A DNA stretch of 64,000 nucleotides from Armatimonadota bacterium (GTDB lineage: Bacteria; Armatimonadota; UBA5829; DTLH01), in contig JBBRAE010000008.1 of NCBI GenBank assembly GCA_038207085.1, positions 1 to 64,000 of the forward strand, written 5' to 3'. The notes under the pieces were generated by a model, which was not told where the DNA came from, did not search any database, and saw nothing but the letters and a program-made list of their open reading frames with translations. Shown piece by piece: positions 10,497 through 21,318 of this stretch. The translations under genes were made by a program, and so were the position numbers. Each line of letters starts with the position of its first letter. The first letter of the stretch is position 1.

Positions 10497-13400
10497 TTAC
10501 TTGCCGCCAGCCCTCGCGGAGTTGGTCTTGTTATACTCAAACGCCGCAAGGACAGCTTCGTCGCCTGCGAGGCCGCTTTGTGTAGCCTGCTCGATCGATT
10601 CGAGCATCCTCTTGTAGTCCTTGGGCATGACTCTTACAAACCGCGGCAACACGTCGCGCCAGTGGGCTAGCATATCGGCTGCGATGGCGCTTCCCGTGAG
10701 CTCGGCGTGGCGGCTGATCATCGCGTGGACCTCGGCTATCTCGTCCTCGTGCTCAAGTCGCTCAAGCTCGACCATCTGCAGGTTGCAGCGGGTGAGGAAG
10801 TCGCCTTTTCGGTCATAGACGTAAGCGACGCCGCCCGACATTCCAGCGGCGAAGTTGCGCCCGGTGGGGCCGAGGACTACTACGCGCCCGCCCGTCATAT
10901 ACTCGCATCCGTGGTCGCCGACGGCTTCTACTACGGCTCGCACGCCGCTGTTTCGCACGCAGAATCGCTCACCGGCCATACCTCTTATATAGGCCTCGCC
11001 GCTGGTCGCGCCGTAGAAGGCGACGTTACCGATGACGATGTTCTTCTCAGGCTTAATAGGACTGTCGGCGGGCGGATAGACGACTATCTTGCCGCCTGAG
11101 AGCCCCTTTCCGAGGTAGTCGTTTGCATCACCTTCGACGGTGAGCGTGATACCCTTGGGGACAAACGCGCCGAAGCTTTGGCCCGCTGAGCCTGTGAAGT
11201 GGAGCTTGATCGTGTCTTCGGGAAGACCCTCTGCGCCGTAGCGCCTGCTCACTTCGCTTCCGAGGATCGTTCCCGCGGATCTGTTATTGGTCTTGATCTT
11301 GAGCCTGGCCTCGACCGGAGTGCCGTCTTCGATGGCGGCTTTGGCAATCGGGAGAAGCTCCACAAGGTCGAGCGCGCCGTCGAGTACGTTTTTCTTGGGG
11401 GGCGGTGCAAGTTTCAGCACGTCCGGGTCATAGGGCTCGGGCTGGTAGAGAACCGCCGACAGGTCGACGCCTTTCGCCTTCCAGTGGTCGCGGCCCTTGT
11501 CGAGAAAGAGTTTGTCGCTTCGCCCTACCATTTCTTCGACTGTTCTAAAGCCGAGGCTCGCCATAACTTCGCGAAGCTCGGCTGCGATGAATTTCATGAA
11601 GTTGACGACATACTCGGGGTCGCCGTCAAAGCAGCTTCTAAGCTCGGGGTTCTGAGTCGCGACGCCCGCGGGGCAGGTGTCGAGGTGACAGACCCGCATC
11701 ATAATGCAGCCGAGAACTATCAATGGAGCGGTCGAGAAACCGAACTCCTCAGCGCCAAGAAGCGCGGCAATCGCGACGTCACGGCCTGTCAGAAGCTTGC
11801 CGTCGGTCTCCAGGATCACCCGATTGCGCAGGTTGTTCAGCACAAGCGTCTGGTGGGTCTCGGCGATTCCAAGCTCCCAGGGAAGCCCCGCATGCCTGAT
11901 GCTGCTCCGTGGGGACGCGCCGGTCCCGCCGTCGTAGCCGCTTATCAATATCACATCAGCGTGGGCTTTTGCGACCCCCGCCGCGATAGTGCCGACTCCG
12001 GCTTCAGAGACTAGCTTGACCGAGATTCGAGCGTCGCGGTTCGCGTTCTTCAGGTCGAATATCAGCTCGGCGAGGTCCTCTATCGAATAGATATCGTGGT
12101 GCGGGGGTGGGGAGATCAGCCCGACGCCGGGAGTGGAGAGCCTCACTTTGCCGATCCAGGGGTATACCTTGCCGCCGGGGAGCTGTCCGCCCTCGCCGGG
12201 TTTTGCGCCCTGCGCCATCTTGATCTGAAGCTCTTTGGCGTTTACGAGGTAGTGGCTCGTCACTCCGAAGCGGCCTGATGCGACCTGCTTGATCGCGCTG
12301 CACTTGGAGTCGCCGTTTGCCAAAGGTGTGAAACGCGCGGGGTCCTCGCCGCCTTCGCCGGTGTTGCTCTTGCCGCCGAGGCGGTTCATAGCGATAGCGA
12401 TCGCCTCGTGGGCCTCTTTGCTGATCGATCCGTAGCTCATCGCGCCGGTTTTGAAGCGTTTTACGATCGACTCGACGCTTTCGACCTCGTCAATCGGGAT
12501 CGCCTGGTCGGTCCTAAACTCAAGCAGGCCTCTGAGCGCGTGGTGCTTGGTGGTCTGCTCGTTTATCAGCTCCGAATATTGCTTGAATAGGCTGTAGTCC
12601 CCCTGCCTGCACGACTGCTGGAGCCGGTAGACCGTTTCGGGGTTGAACATGTGATACTCGCCGTTGCTTCGCCACTTGTTGTCACCGCCGGTCTCAAGCA
12701 CGGGGCTCGCCGCGCTTCTTGCAGGGAAGCCCTTGGCGTGGCGCATCGCTGACTCGCGCGCGATTTCATCCAGTCCGATGCCTTCGATTCGGGACGGGGT
12801 CCAGGTGAAGTAGTCGTCGATCACATCGTGAGAGATGCCGAGCGCCTCGAAAATCTGCGCGCCGCGGTAGCTCTGGATCGTCGAGATACCCATCTTGGAC
12901 ATCGTTTTCACAATCCCCTTGACGCAGGCCTTGATGTAGTTTGCGACGGCCTTCTCATAGGGCACGTCGGTCAGCATCCCCTGGTCGATCATGTCACGGA
13001 TCGTCTCGAACGCGAGATAGGGGTTGACCGCGCCGACTCCGTAGCCGACCAAGAGCGAGAAGTGGTGCACCTCGCGGGGCTCACCGGACTCAAGCACAAG
13101 CCCGACCCGGGTGCGCGCGCCTTCGCGGATAAGGTGATGGTGCATACCGGCGACCGCCAAGAGCGCGGGGATTGCAGCCTGCTCACGGCTGATTCCACGG
13201 TCGGAAAGAATTATGATCGTCGCGCCGCCTGCGATGGCTTCGTCGGCCTGCTTGTAGAGGTTCTCCATCGCCGCCTTGATGCCGTCTCCGCCGCTTTTTG
13301 GGTCAAAGACTATCTGTAATACAGCCGATTTGAAGCCGGGCTGATCGATATGTTTCAGCTTCGCGAGCTCCTCGTTTGTGATATACGGGCTTTGGAGCAC

Positions 13401-15095
13401 GATCTGGCGGCAGCTTTCGGGCTGCGGGTCGAGGATGTTGCGCTCGGGGCCGATCGTTGTCTCGACCGAGGTGACGATCTCTTCTCGAATGGCGTCAATC
13501 GGCGGGTTGGTGACCTGCGCGAACATCTGCTTGAAGTAGTTGTACAAGAGCTGCGGGCGGTCGGAGAGCACCGCGGGAGGCGTGTCGACGCCCATCGAGC
13601 CAAGCGGCTCCTCGCCGTCTTTTGCCATCGGTTCGATTGACATTTTCAGGTCTTCGAAGGTGTAGCCGAAGGCCTGCTGGCGCTCGACAATGCTCGCCTC
13701 GGTGCTTTGGTCGATCTCTGCCCCCTCGGGAAGCCTGCTTAGGTGGATCAAATTCTCATCGAGCCACTTCTGATATGGCTTTTCGCATGCGACACCGCGC
13801 TTGATCTCCTCGTCGCTTACGATGCGTCCCTCGGCGGTGTCGATCAGGAACATCTGGCCGGGCTGGAGGCGTCCTTTTTTGACGATCTTGTGAGTCGGGA
13901 TATCAAGCACGCCCGCTTCGCTCGCCATGACGACCCTGTCGTCGTCGGTGACGTAGTAGCGGGAGGGCCGCAGGCCGTTTCGGTCGAGCACCGCGCCTAG
14001 AACTGTTCCATCGGTGAAGGCGATCGACGCCGGGCCGTCCCAGGGCTCCATCAGGCAGCTGTGATACTGGTAGAAGGCGCGCAGGTCGTCGTCCATAGCT
14101 CCGTGGTTCACCCAGGGCTCGGGGATCATCATCATAACCGCGTGCGGCAGGCTTCTCCCCGCAAGATGCAGGAACTCAAGGCAGTTGTCGAACATAGCCG
14201 AGTCGCTGCCGTCGTGGTCGATCACGGGGAAGAGCTTCTTGAGATCCTTGCCGAACGCCTCGGAGGCAAGCAGCGCCTGGCGCGCGTGCATCCAGTTGAC
14301 GTTGCTCCTGAGCGTGTTGATCTCGCCGTTATGGATCACATATCTGTAGGGGTGCGCCCGCTCCCAGCTCGGGAAGGTGTTGGTGCTGAAGCGCGAGTGC
14401 ACGAGCGCGATCGCCGAGTCAACAAGCGGGTCGGAGAGCTCTGGGTAGAACTCAGACACCTGCTGGGGCGTGAGCATTCCTTTATATACAATTGTGCGCG
14501 ATGAGAGGCTTGATATATAGAAATACCTGTTCTCTTTCGCGTGTCGGATTTCAAGCTCGGCGCGACGTCTGATGACGAAGAGTTTGCGCTCGAATGATAT
14601 CTGGTCGGTGACGTCTTTGCCCTTGCCGATGAACGCCTGTCGCACCAGGGGTTCGTAGCGCCGGGCTGTTCGCCCGAGCGTTGCGCCTCGTGTGGGGACC
14701 GTTCGCCATCCCAGCATCTCCTGCCCTTCTTCGGCGACTATCTGCTCAAAGAGTTTCTCGCAGTCGCTTCGGTGGCTGGGGTAGGGCGGTAGGAACATCA
14801 TCGCGACGCCGTAATCACCGGCGTTCGGCAGAAAGATGTCCATGCACTCGTCACGGAAGAACTTGTCGGGAATCTGCATCAGGATGCCGGCGCCGTCGCC
14901 GGTGTTGTCCTCTGCGCCTCTTGCTCCCCTGTGGTCGAGGCTGACGAGCACCTGCAGCGCGTCGCGGACGATGCTGTGGGATCTCTTGCCCTTGATATGG
15001 GCGACGAACCCGACGCCGCAGGCATCATGCTCGAAGCTTGGGTCATAGAGCCCCTGCTTCTGTGGTATTCCGATTTTGTTCATTGGGTCATACAC
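10497..15095 (-). CDS. gltB: Glutamate synthase large subunit
   Basis: [10 protein letters not shown]-terminal Cys, [43 protein letters not shown]; 1532 aa. Confidence 0.99.
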   Translation of the reverse strand: MYDPMNKIGIPQKQGLYDPSFEHDACGVGFVAHIKGKRSHSIVRDALQVLVSLDHRGARGAEDNTGDGAGILMQIPDKFFRDECMDIFLPNAGDYGVAMMFLPPYPSHRSDCEKLFEQIVAEEGQEMLGWRTVPTRGATLGRTARRYEPLVRQAFIGKGKDVTDQISFERKLFVIRRRAELEIRHAKENRYFYISSLSSRTIVYKGMLTPQQVSEFYPELSDPLVDSAIALVHSRFSTNTFPSWERAHPYRYVIHNGEINTLRSNVNWMHARQALLASEAFGKDLKKLFPVIDHDGSDSAMFDNCLEFLHLAGRSLPHAVMMMIPEPWVNHGAMDDDLRAFYQYHSCLMEPWDGPASIAFTDGTVLGAVLDRNGLRPSRYYVTDDDRVVMASEAGVLDIPTHKIVKKGRLQPGQMFLIDTAEGRIVSDEEIKRGVACEKPYQKWLDENLIHLSRLPEGAEIDQSTEASIVERQQAFGYTFEDLKMSIEPMAKDGEEPLGSMGVDTPPAVLSDRPQLLYNYFKQMFAQVTNPPIDAIREEIVTSVETTIGPERNILDPQPESCRQIVLQSPYITNEELAKLKHIDQPGFKSAVLQIVFDPKSGGDGIKAAMENLYKQADEAIAGGATIIILSDRGISREQAAIPALLAVAGMHHHLIREGARTRVGLVLESGEPREVHHFSLLVGYGVGAVNPYLAFETIRDMIDQGMLTDVPYEKAVANYIKACVKGIVKTMSKMGISTIQSYRGAQIFEALGISHDVIDDYFTWTPSRIEGIGLDEIARESAMRHAKGFPARSAASPVLETGGDNKWRSNGEYHMFNPETVYRLQQSCRQGDYSLFKQYSELINEQTTKHHALRGLLEFRTDQAIPIDEVESVESIVKRFKTGAMSYGSISKEAHEAIAIAMNRLGGKSNTGEGGEDPARFTPLANGDSKCSAIKQVASGRFGVTSHYLVNAKELQIKMAQGAKPGEGGQLPGGKVYPWIGKVRLSTPGVGLISPPPHHDIYSIEDLAELIFDLKNANRDARISVKLVSEAGVGTIAAGVAKAHADVILISGYDGGTGASPRSSIRHAGLPWELGIAETHQTLVLNNLRNRVILETDGKLLTGRDVAIAALLGAEEFGFSTAPLIVLGCIMMRVCHLDTCPAGVATQNPELRSCFDGDPEYVVNFMKFIAAELREVMASLGFRTVEEMVGRSDKLFLDKGRDHWKAKGVDLSAVLYQPEPYDPDVLKLAPPPKKNVLDGALDLVELLPIAKAAIEDGTPVEARLKIKTNNRSAGTILGSEVSRRYGAEGLPEDTIKLHFTGSAGQSFGAFVPKGITLTVEGDANDYLGKGLSGGKIVVYPPADSPIKPEKNIVIGNVAFYGATSGEAYIRGMAGERFCVRNSGVRAVVEAVGDHGCEYMTGGRVVVLGPTGRNFAAGMSGGVAYVYDRKGDFLTRCNLQMVELERLEHEDEIAEVHAMISRHAELTGSAIAADMLAHWRDVLPRFVRVMPKDYKRMLESIEQATQSGLAGDEAVLAAFEYNKTNSARAGGK

Positions 15096-15161
15096 CTACT
15101 GTCCTAACGGCGCGCCGTGCGCCGTTTCCGAAAGCTGGCGCGGATAGCGCCAGCGCACAAT

Positions 15162-15190
15162 ATTATACTGCGACGTCACGAACTTGGGAA
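15162..15190 (-). promoter_or_regulatory. Putative sigma70 promoter of gltBD
   Basis: Minus strand TTCCCA-N17-TATAAT. Confidence 0.5.
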
Positions 15191-15466
15191 CACTACTTTG
15201 TGTGCAGAGAAATCGGGGCAGTGGCAGACCGGACGACACCGTACGGTCGAGTGCTTCATTGCAGTTGTTGCGCCAGTTCTAAACTACTTTGTTTATGCCG
15301 CCGGAAACGTCATAACTACGGCCGTAGAGACCGCCACCACTATTATAGCAGGATGCGGGCGCTGTTGGAACCCAATCACGCTCGAACTGGCAATATTGCT
15401 TGGCAAGAACATATTCTCGGGTTAGAATATATGCACGTCAGGCAGACGATTTTCTGGAGGCAGGTA

Positions 15467-16833
15467 TGACCGAGGAACAACGCATCGATATTATGGCCCA
15501 CTCAAGCGCAGAAGACCTCTGCGCCGAAGAATATCCACAGTGGCTGAAAGATAGGCTTTCGTGGTTTCAGGATTTGAAGTTCGGGATGATTATCCACTGG
15601 GGGATGTACTCGCAGTGGGGCTGCATCGAGTCCTGGCCGCTTGTTGAGGCTGACCCCTGGGCGCGGCCCGACGATCTTGCCGCATGGACCGAGCGAGGTC
15701 TCGACATCAAGCGGTTCAAAGAAGACTACTGGAAGCTGAACGAGACTTTCAACCCGACTGAGTTCGACCCCGAGGAGTGGGCAAAAGTCGCCGAAGCCGC
15801 TGGGATGAAATACGTCGCGTTCACTACCAAGCACCACGATGGGTTCTGCATGTTCGACACCCAAACAACCGACTACAAGATCACCGCGCCCGACTGCCCG
15901 TTTCACTCGAATCCGCGATCGAACGCGACGCGTGAAGTATTCAACGCCTTCCGAGACAGGGGCTTTTCGATAAGCTGCTACTTCTCGAAGTCCGACTGGC
16001 ACAGCCCATACTACTGGGACCCGGCCCGGCCCGCGTTTGATCGCAACCCGAACTACGACACCCAGGCCGAGCCCGAGCGCTGGGCGGGTTTTCAGAAGTT
16101 CGTCTACGACCAGATCGAGGAGCTTATGACCGATTACGGCCCGATAGACGCGCTCTGGCTCGACGGTGGGCAGGTTCGACCTCCGCTTCAGGACATCCGA
16201 ATGGACAAAATAGCCGAGATGGCGCGGAGTCACCAGCCGGGCTTGATCATCGCTGACAGAACAGTAGGTGGCGAGTTCGAGAACATCTTGACGCCCGAGC
16301 AGGAGATCCCCGACGTGCCGCTCGGCCACACATGGGAATCGTGCCTTACGATGGGGACTAGCTGGGCCTACAAGCCGAACGACACTTACAAGTCGGCGCG
16401 CGAGCTCGTTCACATGCTCGTCGATATCGTGGCCAAGGACGGCAACTTCCTCTTGAACGTCGGCCCGACCCCTGAGGGCAAGTTCCCGCCCGAGCAGATC
16501 GCCCTGCTTGGACAGGTCGGCGACTGGATGAAGGTAAACTCCGAGGCGATCCACGGCACCCGGGCGATTGCTCCATACAAAGAAGGTAACGTCTGCTTTA
16601 CGAGCAAAGGCGACATGGTCTACGCGATCGTTCTTGCCGAAGGTGGCGAGTCGCGTCCGCCTGCGAGCGTTACGTTCAAAGGGCTTGTTCCTGAGCCGGG
16701 TTCGGAGGTCTCAATGCCTGGAGTCGGCGTGCTGGAGTGGAAAAGCACTGCGTCTGGCGCAGAGATAGACATGCCGGAGAGTGTGCCATGCGAGCATGCG
16801 TGGGTGGTGAAGTTCAAACAAGCTGTCGACTGA
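15467..16833 (+). CDS. Alpha-L-fucosidase (GH29)
   Basis: WFQDLKFGMIIHWG, TTKHHDGF, LWLDGG, WESCLT and NFLLNVGP motifs. ATG 15467 follows GGAGG. Confidence 0.93.
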
Positions 16834-16921
16834 CATCTCTATGCGTGCTGCAAGTTGCACAACCGGGCCAAAGAGACGTTTGCAGGCCATACATAGAAAA
16901 AAATAATGTACTATTCAGCCA

Positions 16922-16951
16922 TTGACAACGGCATATACTTGTGCTATTAAT
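16922..16951 (+). promoter_or_regulatory. Putative sigma70 promoter of the PEP-CTERM gene
   Basis: TTGACA-N17-TATTAA(T) with TGn, AT-rich upstream. Confidence 0.5.
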
Positions 16952-17103
16952 GATGGTGTATGCGCATGTACACAAATGTCACGGGTGGCATAAGATGCAC
17001 CTGTGAAGCTCTGTAACAGTCGCATAACACAAATACCGACTCAGTTTTCACTCCCGCTGACGTCGGACTAACAACAAAAAGGGAGACGGAAGGAGTCAGA
17101 GAT

Positions 17104-17922
17104 ATGTCTAAATCGTTAGTCTTCACTACTCTATTTGCAGCAGCAGGTCTCGCACTTGTGGCGATGCCAACGTCGGCAGAAACGTGGAACTTGGCCGATG
17201 ATTTTTCGCTGACCAACAACAATGGCACCGGGGCATGGGCCTATGGTTACGTTGACCAGGCCAGCGGCAACGCTTTCACCCTGTATGACCAGTCAACATC
17301 GTTCTATCAGAGCCCCGGTGGCTGGAATCAGCCGCTTCCCTACTGGGGCAACGGTAACTGGTCAGATGGAGGCATGGTCGCCAAGAACACAAGCAGTACG
17401 GCGTTCATCTGGACTGCATGGAACAAGGATCCCAACTACTGGTATGTTGAGCCGGGTGCTGTATCCCTTGCAAGCGGCAAGAACAGGAGCCACCTCGCTG
17501 CCGTGCGGTGGACCGCGAACTTCACCGGCACAATCGACCTTTCAGCTACGGCGATTATGTCGGGCAAGGGTGGTCCTCAGGCGATGGCTGTAGTCAAGAA
17601 CAGCACAATCCTTTCCAATGAGCTTGTAGACGGGTTCGCCGGCTCTGGGCCGGATTACACCAACCGAACCGGCAACTGGACCAAGACTTTCACCTCCAGC
17701 ATTGATGTTAATGTCGGTGACAACATCTATTTTGTCCACGACCTCAACTACCAGACGGGCTATGGCTGGGCAACTAACTGGGGCACAAACAGCTGGGAGA
17801 ACCGCAATGTCAGCCTGTCGGCGACTATCGTATCGCAGCCTACCCCTGAGCCGGGCAGCATGCTGGCTCTCGGCAGCGGTCTGATCGGGCTCTTGGGCTT
17901 CGCGGTCCGCAGAAGAAAGTAG
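17104..17922 (+). CDS. PEP-CTERM sorted surface protein
   Basis: Signal peptide; aromatic/Asn/Gly-rich beta domain; C-terminal TPEPGSMLALGSGLIGLLGFAVRRRK. Confidence 0.93.
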   Translation: MSKSLVFTTLFAAAGLALVAMPTSAETWNLADDFSLTNNNGTGAWAYGYVDQASGNAFTLYDQSTSFYQSPGGWNQPLPYWGNGNWSDGGMVAKNTSSTAFIWTAWNKDPNYWYVEPGAVSLASGKNRSHLAAVRWTANFTGTIDLSATAIMSGKGGPQAMAVVKNSTILSNELVDGFAGSGPDYTNRTGNWTKTFTSSIDVNVGDNIYFVHDLNYQTGYGWATNWGTNSWENRNVSLSATIVSQPTPEPGSMLALGSGLIGLLGFAVRRRK

Positions 17923-17975
17923 TAGTAGATTATCTGCGGACATCAGCGTTGTATTTGTTCCGTAGCTAATATCAA

Positions 17976-18006
17976 GATCTGGGGAGCCTGATTGGTTCCC
18001 CAGATC
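17976..18006. terminator. Strong hairpin downstream of the PEP-CTERM gene
   Basis: GATCTGGGGAGCC-TGATT-GGTTCCCCAGATC; no clear U-tract. Confidence 0.5.
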
Positions 18007-18328
18007 AATCATTGGTAGTATTACTTCTTCTTGCCGACAGGTGTAAGCTCCCAGCCCCCGAGGTCAGCCTCACTTGCCGAGCCAATCAGGTTTGTTGTGC
18101 CGTAACCCTCTTTGAACTCCACAATCTCCGCTGCTGCGGGAACTATTGACTTTCGGGCAACGACTTAACGTATATCCACTCAGCTTTCAACCCGAAAGTC
18201 GAGAGAAATTTTCGGCTCGAATACTCTGTGGCTGACCGTAAAGCTATCTGCTAAAAATCCATAAGTCAGAATAGACTTGAGAAGTGGGACGAAACGAAGC
18301 GTTCCCGCAGTATACGCCGAATTATCGA

Positions 18329-18363
18329 TAAACTTCAGACTCTGCACTTAGCACTCTGAACTC
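18329..18363. repeat. Degenerate heptamer tandem repeat (5 x NNNACTY)
   Basis: TAAACTT CAGACTC TGCACTT AGCACTC TGAACTC. Confidence 0.6.
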
Positions 18364-18444
18364 TCTCCTTGTCTTTCCTGCCCCTTGAACGGTATAATTT
18401 GGCGGCGGTATGCTAATTTCGATCACCCAGGACGGTAGTAATTG

Positions 18445-19401
18445 ATGAGTTTTGCAGCGGTCATCCTCGCGGCTGGTAAGAGCACACGTATGAAGTCGGC
18501 GCTTCCCAAGGCGGTTCATAAGGTCTGTGGAAAGCCTGTTACGCGCCACGTCATTGACGCGTGCTTCGGCGCGGGAGTCGATCAGGTTATCGTCGTCGTC
18601 GGTCATGAGGCCGAGCTTGTTAAGCAGACTCTTGGGAGCGACGTGACATACATCCTTCAGGCTGAGCAGCTCGGGACAGGGCACGCCGCGATGCAGGCGA
18701 TGCCCGAGATCGACCGAAGCGACGTGTTGATCCTCCCCGGAGACGCGCCGCTGATCACCTCTGAGACGGTTTCCAAGCTTATGAGCTTTCACACTGAAGA
18801 ATCTGCCTCCTGCACGCTTCTTACCGCGATTCTCGACGAGCCGGGAAGCTACGGCAGGGCTGTTCGCGGCCCCGACGGCAACGTCGAGCGCATCACTGAA
18901 GCCCGGGACGCGTCCCCCAAAGTGCTCGCGATCAACGAGTGTGCGATGTCCATCTATTCTCTGAACACAGATATGCTCCGCGAAAGCCTGTCCGAGCTTC
19001 GGGCAGACAATGCGCAGAAAGAGTACTATCTGACCGACGTGATCGAGATATTGCGAGGCAAGGGCAAGACCGTCAAGGCGCTTCCAGCCGAGGACCCGCG
19101 CGACACCCTCGGGATCAACACGCGAATAGAGCTCGCCGACGCCGCCCAGATCATGCGATGTAGGATTCTTGACCGGATGATGCTCGACGGCGTCAGCGTC
19201 GTTGACCCCGCGACTACTTACGTCGACGCTGGAGTTTTGGTTGGGCGAGATACCATCATCCACCCCTGCAGCGTGATCGAAGGCATCAGCACAGTCGGGT
19301 CGAACTGCGTGATTGGGCCGTTTGCCAGAGTGAAAAACATCATCGTCCCTGACGGGGCGGTCGTTGGGGCGTTTGAGCAGATGCTCGGGGAGGAACTTTA
19401 A
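18445..19401 (+). CDS. glmU: GlmU-like protein: GlcNAc-1-P uridyltransferase domain with only a short beta-helix (C-terminally short)
   Basis: ILAAGKSTRMKS.LPK, QLGTGHA, NAQKEYYLTD, GINTR; about 318 aa; directly upstream of prs. Confidence 0.88.
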   Translation: MSFAAVILAAGKSTRMKSALPKAVHKVCGKPVTRHVIDACFGAGVDQVIVVVGHEAELVKQTLGSDVTYILQAEQLGTGHAAMQAMPEIDRSDVLILPGDAPLITSETVSKLMSFHTEESASCTLLTAILDEPGSYGRAVRGPDGNVERITEARDASPKVLAINECAMSIYSLNTDMLRESLSELRADNAQKEYYLTDVIEILRGKGKTVKALPAEDPRDTLGINTRIELADAAQIMRCRILDRMMLDGVSVVDPATTYVDAGVLVGRDTIIHPCSVIEGISTVGSNCVIGPFARVKNIIVPDGAVVGAFEQMLGEEL

Positions 19402-19402
19402 G

Positions 19403-20362
19403 ATGCCGGACCTTAGACTTTTTACAGGGAACTCGAACCCGGAACTTGCGGCGAGGATCGCTGCGCATCTTGGCGTGAACGTCGGCAAAATGTCGGCCAC
19501 GCGGTTCTCTGACGGGGAGATCCGTGTGCAGGTGCATGAGAGCGTGCGCGGGGCCGACGCCTTTGTCGTGCAGTCCGGCTGCTGCCCTGTGAACGACAAC
19601 GTGATGGAGCTTTTGATCATCTGCGACGCCTTCCACCGCGCCGGGGTGAAGCGCCTGACCGTAGTGATGCCCTACTACAGCTATTCGCGCCAGGACAAGA
19701 AGGTCAAGCCGCGCGACCCCGTCACGGCAAAGCTTGTTGCGAACCTGATCGAGACCGCGGGGGCCGACAGGATGCTCACCATCGACCTGCACGCGGGGCA
19801 GATTCAGGGGTTCTTCGACTTTCCCGTCGACAACCTGTTCGCCGGCCCGATCATCGCCGATTATCTCCTAAATAACATCGTAGACATGTCTTCCGCGGTC
19901 GTGGTTTCCCCCGATGTCGGCGGCGTGACCCGTGCCCGGGCCGTGGCTGAGGCGCTTGGCACTCCGATTGCGATCATCGCGAAGCGCCGTCCTGAGCCGA
20001 ATAAGAGTGAGGTCATGGAAGTGATCGGCGACATCCAGGGCAAGCTCTGCATTATGATAGACGATATCATCGACACCGGTGGCTCGATCGCCTCGGGCGC
20101 CCGTGCGCTTGTCGAGCGCGGCGCAAAGGACGTGATTGCGGCTTGCACGCACGCGGTTCTATCCGACAACGCCGTAGGCAAGCTCGAGAACTCACCTGTC
20201 TCCAAACTGATCGTCACGGACACGATCCCGCTCACCCCTGAGAAGCGCACCGATAGCGTCGTAGTGCTCTCCGTCGCCCACCTTTTGGCAGACGCGATCA
20301 GTCGGATTCATCAGGAGCACTCCGTAAGCGAGTTATTCGGCGCGACCTGGATGGGCAGTTGA
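19403..20362 (+). CDS. prs: Ribose-phosphate pyrophosphokinase
   Basis: FSDGEI, YSRQDKK, DLHAGQIQGFF, VSPDVGG and DDIIDTGGS motifs. ATG 19403 follows GAGGA. Confidence 0.97.
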   Translation: MPDLRLFTGNSNPELAARIAAHLGVNVGKMSATRFSDGEIRVQVHESVRGADAFVVQSGCCPVNDNVMELLIICDAFHRAGVKRLTVVMPYYSYSRQDKKVKPRDPVTAKLVANLIETAGADRMLTIDLHAGQIQGFFDFPVDNLFAGPIIADYLLNNIVDMSSAVVVSPDVGGVTRARAVAEALGTPIAIIAKRRPEPNKSEVMEVIGDIQGKLCIMIDDIIDTGGSIASGARALVERGAKDVIAACTHAVLSDNAVGKLENSPVSKLIVTDTIPLTPEKRTDSVVVLSVAHLLADAISRIHQEHSVSELFGATWMGS

Positions 20363-20916
20363 AACTTATCGTAGGACTCGGAAACCCCGGACCCGACTAC
20401 TCCGGCACTCGGCACAACGTAGGTTTTGAGGTTGTGGATATGCTCGCCAAGCGCTGCGGGACCCGGATCGCCAAGCGCACGGGCCGGGCGATGATCGCGC
20501 GCTGTCGCCTCGGCGGTGAAGAAGTCACCTTGATGAAGCCGCAGACCTTTATGAACCTCTCAGGCGACGCCGTCGCCAACTTCGTCCGCCGCGAGAAAGT
20601 CGAACCAAGCGAGATTCTGGTCATCTATGATGACATGGCGATCCCACTCGGGAAGCTGCGAATCCGTCCGCAGGGCTCTGCTGGTGGACACAACGGGATG
20701 AAGTCGATCATCGGCCGCCTCGGCGTCAACGAGTTTCCAAGGCTTCGAATCGGCATCGGTTCGGCTCGTCGCGACGCTGTCGACCACGTTCTTTCGAGGT
20801 TTCATCGCACAGAGAAGCTGATCGTCCACGAAGCGATAATTCGTGCCGCCGACGCCGTTGAGAAGATGCTGACTGATGGGTTTGAGGCGGCGATGAATGA
20901 GTATAACAGGGTGTAG
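20359..20916 (+). CDS. pth: Peptidyl-tRNA hydrolase
   Basis: LIVGLGNPG..Y..TRHNVGF, KPQTFMNLSG, GSAGGHNGMKSI. Confidence 0.97.
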   Translation: MKLIVGLGNPGPDYSGTRHNVGFEVVDMLAKRCGTRIAKRTGRAMIARCRLGGEEVTLMKPQTFMNLSGDAVANFVRREKVEPSEILVIYDDMAIPLGKLRIRPQGSAGGHNGMKSIIGRLGVNEFPRLRIGIGSARRDAVDHVLSRFHRTEKLIVHEAIIRAADAVEKMLTDGFEAAMNEYNRV

Positions 20917-20978
20917 GGGATGGCGCACGTTTCGGCTTGGGATTAGCTCCCGGGGACTGGCTTGTGTCGAATATTTGG

Positions 20979-21148
20979 GTGGAGCGCACGTTTCGAGAGC
21001 CTCAACGTGATAGGTTTTGGATTGATCAAATATGGGAGATGGTGGTCGCACATCCTGAGCCCCGTCGAAGTGTGAGCGCGGTACAATCCCTCACATGTCA
21101 CCCAGCCCCAAACCCCTCACCCTGAGGCTCTCGAAACGTGCGCTCCAC
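20979..21148. repeat. 26-bp perfect inverted repeat pair (REP/MITE-like) between pth and tyrS
   Basis: GTGGAGCGCACGTTTCGAGAGCCTCA at 20979-21004; exact reverse complement at 21123-21148. Confidence 0.85.
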
Positions 21149-21318
21149 AAACCCATCAACGTACTACAACAAAGGGAAGCTAACACAGTCCCCCCGGCTC
21201 CCAATTTGACAGACTTCGTGCTCCGGTGCTACGATAACACTGGCATATTAATCTAACTTAATCACCGAGCTCGCCGCTGTGATCGGTTGAGCTCGTTTTT
21301 ATCTGAGGCTGAATTATC

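Noticed and set aside
15502..16554. Long antisense ORFs (also 18322-19620, 21679-22752, 57542-58633)
   Set aside because: Shadow frames of clearly identified genes in GC-rich DNA, with no recognisable motifs.
18348..18356. TTAGCACTC, a CIRCE half-site upstream of glmU
   Set aside because: No GAGTGCTAA arm 9 nt downstream; explained by the heptamer repeat.
21200..21318. T-box leader for tyrS
   Set aside because: The leader after the putative promoter is too short and lacks GGTGGNACCGCG.
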